The translations under genes and the position numbers were made by a program. The notes beneath the pieces were generated by a model. The model worked only from the letters and a program-made list of their open reading frames with translations. It made no database searches and was not told the DNA's origin. Below, piece by piece: positions 1 to 11,321 of a DNA stretch of 38,081 bases (position 1 is its first letter; every line of letters starts with the position of its first letter). This stretch comes from Pelomyxa schiedti (lineage: Eukaryota; Protista; Evosea). The stretch spans positions 1-38,081 of the forward strand of contig JAHLWZ010000959.1 of the NCBI GenBank assembly GCA_020536535.1, in the 5' to 3' direction.

Positions 1-309
1 AAGGAGGGGGTGGGGGGTGGGGGAGCAGGAGGGAGGGGAGCCGCAGCATCGAAGACGGGACCAACCAATCGGGAGTTTCGGGAGAGGAAGGGCGAAATGG
101 ACGAGATCCACACGCGCAACGACGCAGCCGTCGTCGGGTGCCTCTGTGGGACGAGGTGGTGGTGGAGGCGGGGGTGTTGGTGATGAGGCCACCCAAAGAT
201 TGCTGCTGAAGGTGGCTGAGGATTTGTTGATGGGGTTTCCGAGAATCGCATCCGGTGATGCGAGGATTGGATACCTGTTGAACGTTCACCCAGTGGTGTG
301 TACCAAATG
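1..309 (+). pseudogene. Inverted, decayed copy of POLE exon 2 (source ~33032-33354)
   Basis: Near-identical to the reverse complement of 33032-33354 ([24 protein letters not shown]...GYLLNVHP). It carries a 4-bp duplication (accaaccaatc vs accaatc), a 12-bp deletion (EEDKVDLL to EDLL) and the first bases of the POLE intron (gtgtgtaccaaatg). May extend left of the window. Confidence 0.93.
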
Positions 310-310
310 A

Positions 311-1290
311 TACCCTTCTTTCCTCCACAGTCGCGTTCCTCAACAGAGACACGACAAGGTTCTCATTCTCAGCAATCATAGCTGGTGATAAATCGCAATT
401 GCAACATTCCTCCAGTAAGTTCTGTACACTCGGATGCCGAAACATGCTTGTCGATGACACCGCCAGCATAAAACAGGGAAGCGACACAGTCTGCACCAAG
501 GAGATTACCTTCATCCTGAACGAAGATGACTGAGTCTAGTAGTGCATTCGACCTTCTGGCCAGGAATTCCGCAGCAGCATTTTCAAAAACGGGAAGACCC
601 GTGATTCGAACAACAGAAGGGCGTCACTACAATGAGACGATTACTGACTCTGTCCATAGAGGGAAGGTGAGGGTGGAAAGGATCTTGCCTGTGTTGACAT
701 GGATTATTTCGGCTCAATAGAGCACCGAGTGCGACAGCTCTGACCAGGACACAGGATTCAACTTTGGCTGTGATAGAAATCCCCCTTCTTTTGAATCTGC
801 TCGCACCGGCATTGGGAATCACAATTGGCCTTGCCACGTACCTGTCACCATTCCAAAGATCACACGCAATGGAGCCACAGAAATCACAGTGGCAGGCAGC
901 AAACTTGGAGGCTGTTGAACATGAGAACTCTTTCGGCGGCCAGACTTCCGGTTTTTCACATGGAATGCTGGCAACATGGCGGGAGCTCTGATGGAATCAA
1001 TGTCGAGCCAATCACGCACAATGTCCTGCTTGAGTATGTCTGTCTCATGATCAACAAGCGAGCCCTTCGGCCGTACTCGTGACTTCCACCACCAGCATCA
1101 ATTCATTAGAGTCAGCTTGGTTGAAAAGACCCTCCACAATCCCGTGGGTTTCTGCAGAGTACGGAAATCGGATGCAGACTTTGCCGCTGTCAATGGCCGT
1201 GATGAACGGCTCCAGCCGTGGGTTCAACGAACCAAGTGCTGTTTATCCAATGAAAATGGAAGTCACTTGCAACGGGCCAGGACATTTTTA
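311..1290 (-). pseudogene. Possible degraded coding sequence of unknown family
   Basis: Long protein-like minus-strand stretches broken by stops and frameshifts (e.g. LNPRLEPFITAIDSGKVCIRFPYSAETHGIVEGLF; ITGLPVFENAAAEFLARRSNALLDSVIFVQDEGNLLG). No recognisable domain. Confidence 0.3.
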
Positions 1291-1490
1291 CTGAGCTCTC
1301 GTTATCTCGCGCAACCCACTGGGAACGCCACACTTCCAAGTCGAGGAAGTGATTCTCATCCACAAATGCCCAACCGGAGCAGTTCCAGCTTTTATTTCAT
1401 TGCAAGAAAATGTAACATGCTGAATCTTGTAGCACTTTTTACTGAGCCCTCAAATTAAGGTGAGAATAGCTCCAGGAAATGTTTCTCTCC

Positions 1491-2252
1491 CCTTAAAAAA
1501 ACCATATGAACACATCCGATCCAAAATCATGCAGGCTCAATTCTAGTCTATTCAATCATTACAACGCAAAGTATTGCCTATTCAAGTGTATCCTACCTTG
1601 ATTAAATCTTTGAAAGCCATGTTTAACTTTTTAATAGTGTTATTGACGATCCTGTAGTAAAAGAGGCAGAAGGAACTTCTCAAAATGGTTTACTTTGCTT
1701 TAAGTCTATGACGGTGAACTCACTGCTCTAATACTTTCGGAAAACCGCAAGATTTTGCGGATCAATGAAAGTCGAAGATAACAACAGAACACCAACTAAT
1801 TTATGCTAGGCGAGAGCTAAAATTTGCCGGTTGAAAGAACTCTTTGCCCCCTCCACCCCCAGATTGAACAATGCACAAAAAAGAGGGTATCTCTTGTTCA
1901 ATATTGCTGTTTCCTAATACCCACTCACAGAAGGCAGCCCCAACTTCAAATTGGATGGATGAAGTCCTCTCGTGGGTGGGTGCATGGCATACCTCTCACT
2001 CCACCAAAAAATGCCACACAAAATCCCACCAGCAACAAACACAGCACCACAGGGACACAACACCCAGGTGTTTTGATTTCCCTTAACGGCGTACTTTCTG
2101 AAAATGAACAAAATTTTTTTTGATTCTGTGATTCTCAACTAGCTAGGACGAAAACAACATCGTGGTGTATCAGAGAATGCACTACTAGTAGTGTGGTGTG
2201 TTACTTTCAAATTAACAACAAATACGGGGGTATGTATGTCTGTTGCAGCCAG
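1491..2252 (+). repeat. Non-coding block, copy 1 (inverted relative to 36342-36870)
   Basis: 1521-1860 and ~2146-2252 match the reverse complement of 36342-36870, e.g. gatcctgtagtaaaagaggcagaaggaacttctc and caccaactaatttatgctaggcgagagctaaaatttgccgg. The central ~280 bp is not shared. Confidence 0.93.
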
Positions 2253-2356
2253 GGGTGTTCGAAGAAAATGGAGAGGATGATGGTGATAGTGGTGATGGCG
2301 ATTGTGATTGCGATTTGGTGATGAATGGTGGGTATGATATCGTTACCACCAGGACG

Positions 2357-5300
2357 TCAGGGCGTGGTACTGTCAATATCGCCAACATGCACGTGCAGCG
2401 GGGCCCCAATGTGCCCTTTGAGCCGAAGATTTTTGACCAGGTCGATTACAGAATTCCCTTCAGTCGGAGGTTCGGATTCTGCGTGCAGGAAGCGGGTACC
2501 ACCGGTGGGCCAGTGCCGTGCCACGAGTCTGCAGGTTGCGTTAGGCCAGCCATAAGAGGGGAGGGGGGGTGGAATGGAATGACCGAAACGCACCTCTCTG
2601 TGAGGACCCGGAATTTGTCAACAAAGGAAAGTTCAAGCGCAATGTGCTTGTGCTCAGCGGCGGTGTTGATACTTACAACAAAGGTTTTGTCCGGTGCGCC
2701 GTACAAAGTGCGGTGAACTTCATCAGGGGTTGCAAAGGACATGAACCAGCATTGTCGAGACAAGTCGTTGATCTGTGTTTGGGGTTAAGGTGTGCAATTT
2801 GTGTGGTAAAAAGGACATACAGCTGCAAACCAGTGTGGCTGTAAAGTAATCCCAAACCACTTGTCTATGTCACCAAACCGTGCAGTGGTCACCTTGCCCT
2901 CGGCGTTTGCTGCGTGCGTTTGAGAAAGAGATAGAGAGGTATGTATGTGTGCAGGATATAGGTTGCGTTGAAGCTTGGTTGAGTGCGGGCCATTGTACCA
3001 AATAAACGTTTGCTTTCTGTAATATCTGATCGAGGTACGTGAAGTTTGGTGCGCAGAGTACTCGAAAAATCATCCCAGACTACTGCCATGTGTGTACTGA
3101 AGTGAGTGAACCAAAATGCCCTCGGGTCTTCACGAGGTATGTCAATCTCTATTCTCAATGCCTGTAGCGTCTTCAGGACATCATGGATGTCTGGTCTCTT
3201 TTTTGACTAGTGAGACCAAAAAGGAAAAAAAATTGATACGGAGAGGAGGCAAAAGAGATACATTTGAAGGTAGGTAACTACACATTCTCGATATAAGCCC
3301 GCGCTTTGTAATGAACACAGGTTGAGTTAGACCCAAAAAAAAAAAACATAAAACCCCTCCCCGCAACTGCATTCATACCAGTGTGGCGGGTGTCTCGAAT
3401 TGTCCCTCACTGCAAGTTACGAATTGGGGGATTCCTGGAGGGTCGTGTCTGTGGCACACAGCTTCCTTCAGTTCAGATATGTCTCTGCAGTGCCCAAATG
3501 GATCTTCCCTTGACAGCAACTCAGACAAAGTAGCCCCGAGGGCGTATCTATTTGGTGACAGTGTTAATATTAACCTCCTCCAATTTTGGCTTTGTTTGCA
3601 GTTGTGGCGTATTACGTGTCAGCGGCGAATGACTGGGGTTCCCTCTTAATGTTCACGCCATACTCCTCCAGAAGCTCGGGGGCAAGGTATATTGCTGCAT
3701 TGTGCCATCAGTAAACCCTCAAGAGAAATTAGAGAAGGAGGGGAAACCATCACCTGTTCCTTGTCCTGTCGCAATATCGGCCCTGTCCTTCCCGGGTGCC
3801 AACTTCTTGGCGAACCCGAAGTCCGCCAACTTTATGATGATGACGACGATGGTGAGAGTTAGTTAAAAGAGAGTGCGGGGGAGTTGCGTTGGTTTGGGTT
3901 GGGAGAACAGTTGTTCATTATATATTTCTGTATGGCACTAGTATAGTGCTACACACTTTAATAGTGGTGTACTTGTCAACCAGAAAGTTTGAGCTTTTTA
4001 TGTCCCTGTTAGTGGGATGGGGAATATTGCGTTAGTTAATTCGTGTTGGGTTGTGGGTTTCGAGATTGTTTTGATTGGTGTTGTTCGAGTGCAAGTTAAG
4101 TGAGATGTTTCGCATGTGCATTTGTGTCAGTATTGGTATTGGTGCTGGTGTAATTTTGGGATTTTACCCATGAATCATCCCATGGGTCTTTTGTATGCAG
4201 TAAACGCTAGCTGCCTAATGGTGTGCAGTGGTGAGGGCTTGCAAGTGACACTGAGTAAGTAAAATACCATTTGAACTGCAATATCCAATATCTTGGCGTG
4301 GGACAGATTGACCATCTCTGGCCCATGAATTAACCCCCTTAAACTGCACTTCATTTCCGGCATCACCAGCAGTACGTACTCTTCCATCTTCCCAGTTTGT
4401 TTCGAGAATTCTTCATGATAACAAAAACCTGGTTGAAAATAAGAAAGAAGGGAGGAGGGAGACAGACAGACTTGGTGCAGGTTTTTTTGAAATTATTAAT
4501 AATTTTGTTATTTTGTTGGAAAATCTAATGTCTTCCTTACCAAGTAAGGGCACTACGTTCTCGTGGTGAACACTCCTTAAACATGGTTAGTGGGAGGAGG
4601 ATTTAAGAGTGGGAGGGGGGCGGGTACACACTTCAGAAGATTTGCTTCCATAACAATATCTGTCATCTGAATTCTTGGTATCATCTTTACAGCAACTGGG
4701 CCACCATCCAAAGTGGTTGCTGTGAAGTGGGGGAAAAAAAGGGGGTCAGACGTTATTATACTTAGCCAATGAACCATGTGCGTGTGGGTGTTTGTGTGTG
4801 ACACGTGGGGTATCTGCCGTAGTTTATTGTGTGGTGGGAGTAAGCAGATTTCCACTGACCGCGGAAGACCAGGCCAAAGGCTCCACCTCCTATTGGCTTT
4901 TGCCCTTCAAATGATGTCTGCTCTATTTTTATGTGGTTCACCATTGGGCACCCTGGAAGAGTTGCACTAGTGGCTGCTGGTGCTGAGAGTAGGCGTGGCG
5001 GCAGCGGTGCTAGTGGTGGTGGGGATGAGTACTGAGTTGTACTAGGAGTGGTGGTCGTGGCAGAGTAGACTCCACCAACACCAACAATGTACGGAGAGGC
5101 ATATGGGTAGGCATATGCAGCGGCAGAGCGTGGAGGGGGAATTGAGACCGGTGGTTGAACTTGTTGCCACAACAAGGCCTGCTGAGACTGCAACTGCTGC
5201 AGCTGATGTGTCTGGTTGTAATAGCGCCACGACGCACCTGCGTTGCTGCTGCTGCCGCGCCCGCCGTCGTCGACGCCGCGGCCGCTGCTGCTGGTGGTGG

Positions 5301-6063
5301 TGGTCGTCGTCGCTGCGGCGGTGGTGGTTGGGGGGTAAGGGTCGGCGTAGGGGGATCGGAAGCGGGGGGGCTGGGGTTGGCTGGGAGGAGTCTGGGGGGG
5401 AAAACAGCCGCCGCCGAAGCCGCCGTATGACGAGGCGCTTGATGAGTAGGAGGAGGAGGAGGAGGGCGACGGGGAAACAGGCGGAGGGGGACCCAACGAG
5501 AAGGACGGATGTCGTTGTGATAGTGGTTGCGGTTGCGGTTGCGACTGAGGCGCTGGTGGAGGCGAGGGGACATTTAGAACGGCAGGTTGGTGCTGACTGA
5601 CCTGGAGAGGGGGCTCAGACTTAAGTGTTTTTCTGTCCAACGTCCACTCGATCACTTTACCGCTCCACACAGGGCTGGTATGCAGGGCGAGGTTGCGGTA
5701 ATTCTCGGTATCGAAAACTAATTTGGTCTGATGTGGTTTCTTCGTCCTCTTCATGAAGATTCTGCATTTGAAGAAGAGAGGGGAACGGTGAACACTCGAT
5801 ACCATACATCCAACAAAACAGTTGAATTGTTGTGTGGTGGGTGTCATCTCTTATCTGTTGCTGTGAAAGAAAAACGGGGAGGCACGGTCGCGAAACAAAA
5901 TAAAAGGAGACACATACACGTGAGAAGCGATTTCTTCTCCGAAGATACTGACGAGGAGTGCGTGGCGCTTTGGGCCGGGCTTCAAAATCGGCAACGGTGT
6001 GCCGGTGAACATCATTGGCTCCGACGACATCGTCGTATCACTAGGCTCCGACAAAATTGACAT
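2357..6063 (-). CDS. Multi-exon TKL protein kinase with C-terminal degenerate SH2 domain (Shk-like)
   Basis: Spliced motifs: IGGGAFGLVFRG, VAVK, HHENVV, IHGDIKSSNFLVD, LADFGFAK, YLAPE, RPDIHDVL. These are followed by an Shk-type linker (RAFWFTHF...VVWDDFSSTL...KVTTARFGDIDKWFG) and SH2-like WFMSFATPDEVHRTLYGAPDKTFVVSIN. P/S/Q-rich N-terminal half. Start could be 6063 or a nearby downstream ATG. Confidence 0.85.
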
Positions 6064-6734
6064 TTCTGCCCGTGACGTCTTCGAATGTGGATGTGGTGTC
6101 GTCTACAGCAAATTGTATTTTTTTTGCTTTTTGTTTTTTTTCGAATCTAAACCAAAATTCCTCTGCCCAATCTTCCTTCCATTCTTCCTTTGCCCTTTGT
6201 TTCTTTTTTTTGACTTGCATTTTTTGTTTTGTACTTAACTTACTAGGCTCTCGTCTCTTAGTTAGCTGCTGGCACTAACTAGAGTATTTGGGCCCATAGA
6301 AACGAAGCTATCAAGAGAACGTTGCTGTATCATTGATTTGACTTCCCAAAGCTGAAGGAACATTATTCTACCGAGTTCTCTCTCCACTCTTTTGGAAAGC
6401 TTGCACGCAATCGGCCGCCGGTAAATAAAATAGAATTCGACTCTCCAACAAATGCTGCAGTTCCAGAAATAGCCAACCGGTTCTGTGATGTGACCATGCT
6501 CCTAGTCTGTTGGACACAACACAACACCCACTATGCATAACCAAATGACAAATGGCTCAACAACAGTTCAAGTTAGCACGAAACCATTTAAGCACAACTC
6601 AAAAACTTGCAAAGTTTCCTTCAGGGAGGTTTTTTTTGTTTTCTTGTTGGCTGGATTTTTTGCCATGTGTTCTTTTCAACAAGAATGTGGGGAATCTGAG
6701 GGTGTGAGTGTGCGTTCTAAGTTACACAGTAATG

Positions 6735-8237
6735 TCACTGTTCAGGTTTTTCTGATTCACAATCGGCAATAACTATTCCAGAAAGAGTGGTCAGGGAAAA
6801 CAACTGCCCTATTGCTTTTGGGAGACCAAATTGCTTAAACAAAGGAGAGTCACTCGTGCAAGGCAATATTCCCTCTGTTTTGAGGGTATCCACCATTTTC
6901 GAAAATGCATTTGCGGTTTCTGGCTCCTTATTAGAAACATTTTGCAGGAAGGGCAAAGAACCTTATTCCTTTTCAGGAAATTGAGGTACACGTTGGTTTG
7001 GTCAACAAAAGAATGTCCAAGGGACTGTTCCTGAGAAAGAAACGCCACCACATGAATACAGTACCAAATCTTTTCTTTTCTGGAGTGTTCAGGCGGTCTC
7101 ATCTGGTGTTTCTAGGTCTTTCTTGTCTCAAGACAAGTAAGTGTTACTGTTTCATAGAGTTACCTTGTTTAGAGCTTTTTGCCAAAAAGCTCCTCAGTTC
7201 CCCAGTCCTTTTCCTCGTCCATGTAGTTTCTCAAGCTTAGGCACGCCTCCACAGTTGTTGGAGGTGGGTGATGTCAAAAGAAAGAACGGGAGAAAAATAA
7301 GAGGTTACCACTGCCAAGGCATTCGATGATTGATCTTTTCTGTTATTTGCTTGTTCCTCTAAACACTAGGTGTGTTTAATTCAATGAATCATCTGAAGAA
7401 AGAGAATACCAGAAGTTCCGGCTCAACAAATTCTTTTTGTGTGTAAGGTTGAGTGAGTACGGCATCATCTTCCTGACTGGACAAGGCAAAAGAAGTTACA
7501 GTGCTTTTGCTCAATCTGGAGGATAAGGAAGGATTCAGTCACTTCGCAAAGTACCTCTCAGTTTGCCACAGGACGAAAAAAACATTCTTGGATGTTGGGG
7601 CTTCAGAACTAATGAAATCATGGCATCCGATGTTGCAAGCAAGTCACAGAGCACGTAACGCAAAGAGAAAACCCTCAATCTCTGAACCCCTTCACTTCTT
7701 GTTAGAAGTGTCTGAAGGTTGAAGGTCAGAAAAAAAGCAAGAAACTGATAACCTTATCCCTTATCCTGATTCTTAATTAAGATTTATGGCAGACAAACCT
7801 CTGATTAATCAGTGCTTTGTTTTTCAAGTCAACAACAATGTAAGTATCAAGTCAACAACAATGTGTAAGTACTGTCTGTGTGCAATGCATTAGTTCTCTG
7901 GCACAAGAAAAGAAACTCATTCTTGACCTTGTCCCAGTGCAAACACGACGGGGAACAGAATGATTCTATGATTCCGCGCGCGCACCCACACACTGTCTGC
8001 TGGTTGTTTCTTGACTCGTTCCTTCTCCCAAGCAACGACGAAGTATGGCTGCCACAGACTGGCCACCAATTCACAAGTTGTGGCAAAGTCAAGCCACACG
8101 AGGCCTTGTTGTTGTTGTTGTTGTTGTTTTTAAAAAGAGTGGGGGAACACGACAAGCAGGACAAGAACGACGATGTGATCGATGACTACGACTTTCTCAA
8201 GAAAAACGAGCCCAAACCGTTGGCGAGTGTGGCGCAT
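6735..8237 (-). CDS. Hypothetical multi-exon gene or pseudogene
   Basis: Exon-like open stretches flanked by GT/AG (e.g. TLLTRSEGVQRLRVFSLRYVLCDLLATSDAMISLVLK; ETANAFSKMVDTLKTEGILP). I could not build a clean spliced ORF and saw no domain. Confidence 0.3.
7825..7872. repeat. Short tandem duplication (caagtcaacaacaatg(tg)taagta x2)
   Basis: Two adjacent 23-25 bp copies read directly. Confidence 0.8.
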
Positions 8238-8394
8238 CACCTCATCTCAACAAAGAAGAAAAAAAATTGTTTGAAAAAGAAAAAAACATTTTGTTTTCGG
8301 CTTTCTTTCGAGTGTACATACCGTTGTTTTGTTGTTTGATATTATGGGTGTGTTTGTTGTGGTTTTTTTTTGTTTTTTTTCACGCGTGCTTTGT

Positions 8395-8575
8395 GCCCGT
8401 TATTAGGCCCAAAGCATTATTATTTATATTTGTCGTGTAAGCCCGTTATTAGGCCTAACACGTTATTATGAAAGTACAGTCGCGCAAGCCCGTTATTAGG
8501 CCTAACACGTTATTATGAAAAAAAAAAAACAAAGTCGTGTAAGCCCGTTATTAGGCCTAACACGTTATTATAGAA
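8395..8575. repeat. Four-copy tandem repeat, core gcccgttattaggcctaacacgttattat, period ~46-55 bp
   Basis: Cores at ~8395, 8441, 8488 and 8543. The last three are identical. Linkers are related (gtcgtgtaa/gtcgcgcaa plus variable poly-A). Confidence 0.9.
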
Positions 8576-10423
8576 AAAAAAAAAAAAATAAAAAAAGAAA
8601 TAAAAAAAAAGTACAGTTGACAGGAGCAGCAGCACCAAAAGCAGCTGCTTCGACTTCTCCATCAGCAACCAACATCGTGTCGTTGTTCTCTCCTCTCCGT
8701 GGTGCCACTTGTTCTTGTGCCTTTTGGTTCTTGTGTTGGTTCGGTTGTTGTTTGTGTTTGTTGTTTTTTATTCGGTTGTGTTTTCTCCGTATATAAAGGC
8801 ATTTCAACGAAGGAAAAATAATTGAGGTGTCCTTGTTAACCGTTATTTTTTTCCTCTTTCTCCTACAGTTGCTCCCAAGAAAGAAAAGTCCAGATCCATA
8901 CTAGCGGTCTCACTCTGGTCCCAAGAATCCGCGCTGGGGTCATCAATCCAAATGTTGTGGTGTGTGTTCCTGAGAGTTCAGAGTACCGGACTTCAAGCCG
9001 AAAACATGATTTCCCTGATCGTGATCTCCGATGGAGCTGCGAAATTGACACGCGTCAAATAAAACAGAATGAAAAAGCCACCAAGATCCGCCCACGGCAC
9101 CGACAGCAAAGCATCCGACACAACAACCACTACAAACACGAAGGCCAACCACTACTACTACTTTGCCAGATCTTCGCACCCACATACCACTTGTAGTCGT
9201 CACATTGGCAACCAGTTTGCGGGGCCAACAGCAGTCGTCACATTCTTTTTCGAAACTCACTCGTCCCGCCAGCGACAGAGCACTGTCACCGCCACGAACC
9301 GTGCACCACTCTAAGGCGGTGTGCGTGGCGTGACGTGGCGAACGAGAGAGGCCATTTGCCCAAAGTGTCTGTTTTTTGGCTGGTGGGTGATGGCAGCTGC
9401 ATACGTATGCTGACACTTTCTTGTTGTTATATTTCTCACTGGCGTGGATGCATCAGGCATTTGGGAGTGAAGCTTCAACAATCCGACTGGTTGCTGGCTG
9501 CCAATTATCTTGCTCTCTCCCTTGTGTCAGGCTGAACCTCTTCATAAGGTTTTTTCTTTCCCCGTTAATGCACAACACTTCGTTCACTTTTCTTCTATTC
9601 AAATCCTTGCCTCAGACCCCTGAAAACAAGGGATCCAGAAAACCTGCAATTGGGAAACTGCGGCTGTATGTAGGTAGTGGCGGGGAGGGGCAAAATATGA
9701 CTCGTCTTGGTTTTTTTTTCAGTAATAAATAATTAATTAACTAATTATCATCTCTCAGTAACAGTGCTCAAGCTCTGTTTGCAGTTGTGACTTCCGAGGA
9801 AATCAAGGAAAAAAAAAGGGAATGCTGAGAATGAGCTTTCAAATCTCCAAGTACCTTGTCCTCTTCCGCCATGATGATCACAATATGACCAATGAACCAC
9901 CCGCAACACGGTTCTCGATTTCTGAGCCCCCTTCTGCTGCAACAACATCTTCAGAAGCACACTATTGTGCATGTTGAACTTGGGTGATTTACCTGTAGTT
10001 TCTGGCTTTTTGCCTTTACAAAAAACAAAAAGGTTGGTTCTTGTGCAGCTTTTGCTACCAAACTAAAACCTTAAGCAGAACATGTTGATGCCGCATAATT
10101 GCCAGCACTCAATTTCATACCCACTCTCCAACTCCCAGCTCAACTCGTAATACTTCCCGCATACTTACTAGGGTCTACATTACATTCCGCCAGACCTCCG
10201 CACTGTGAATGCCGAAAAGAGGTGTTTCCTTTTTTCTGTGTGTTCTGGAAGGGAACGAAAAATAAAAGAAAGGAGTTCAACAAAAAGTCAAGGGGAGTAT
10301 TTGAGGGAGATACACAGAGGTTGTGGAGCTGGATGCTGTCCAGGGCACTGTGGGCTTTGGTTTTGTTTGCTTCCTTTCAATAACAAGCCTTATCTAATAT
10401 CTTTTGATCGTAATTTTGCTGAG

Positions 10424-11105
10424 ATGACGGACGAGAAGAAAGCGATACCGATTGGGAGCCTGTCGGTGGACGACCTACAATCCATCAAACAACGCGTGGA
10501 AGCAGTATGCATGTCCCCTCCCTTTTTTTCCCCTGTTTAACTGCGGAGCGGATTGTGGGATGGGACGGTGGACTGGGTTGGGTGGTTGGACTCACACACC
10601 CGTGGTTGGGGAGTAACAGGAAATTGAACAATTGTCAACGTCACTCGACACACTCGGTGTTGCCGTGGAAAAATTTCTCGACTCAAAGGAAGCACTTGCT
10701 GCGTTTGTGCCTCAAAACAAAAACAAACAAGTGTTGATTCCTTTGACCACTTCGGTGTGTTGCTCTCCTATTCATTAATGGTATTTCCCTTCTGACTGTC
10801 ATTTCTCCAACAACAGCTTTATGTTCCCGCTATAATGTCTGATGTGGACACCGTAACAGTGAATGTTGGAGCCAACTATTTCATCCGCCAGGTATTCACA
10901 ATTCACAGACCATATATTCTTTTCGTTTGTAACCTGAACTCTCTTTGCACAGTCTCCAAGAGCAGCCGAGAAATACTTTGACCGGAGAGTGACCACAATC
11001 AATGGGCAGAGAGACCAACTGAAAAAGGTTCTCCAAAACAAGTACATGCTCTACAATGCAGTCCTAGAAACACTCAAAAGCAAGTCTGCTGCTTCCAGTA
11101 GTTGA
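10424..11105 (+). CDS. PFDN5: Prefoldin subunit 5 (alpha-type), 4 exons
   Basis: Spliced protein MTDEKKAIPIGSLSVDDLQSIKQRVEA|EIEQLSTSL...KQVLIPLTTS|LYVPAIMSDVDTVTVNVGANYFIRQ|SPRAAEKYFDRRV... The LIPLTTSLYVP and VNVGANYF motifs are typical of PFDN5/Gim5. Confidence 0.93.
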
Positions 11106-11321
11106 AACGAGTTAGAAAAGAAAAAAAGTGGTTGAACCTTCTTTCTGTGTTTTCTACCTCAACATCGGTACTTTGCTCGTGGTAATTCGGGTGTGAAATG
11201 AATTCAATTGTACCTCAATTAATGTAATTCCCAATTGGCACCACTTACCTGCCTCTTAAGACCAGCGGCAGAAAAAACCTTCACATAACAAAAAAACGAA
11301 AAAAACCGACATCGAAATTAA

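Noticed and set aside
2180-2193. cactactagtagtg as CACTA element termini
   Set aside because: It lies inside the duplicated block rather than at its ends and is too short to support a call.
2243-2844. Plus-strand ORFs of 157 and 91 aa
   Set aside because: Antisense shadows of the kinase SH2 exons.
5010-5600. Overlapping R/G/A-rich ORFs on both strands
   Set aside because: Alternate frames of a GC-rich low-complexity kinase exon.
8395-8575. CRISPR-like array
   Set aside because: Linkers are short and related to each other, there are no cas genes, and the context is eukaryotic. It is a tandem repeat.
8600-10380. Possible gene(s) with intron-like signals
   Set aside because: No consistent spliced ORF or domain could be built on either strand.
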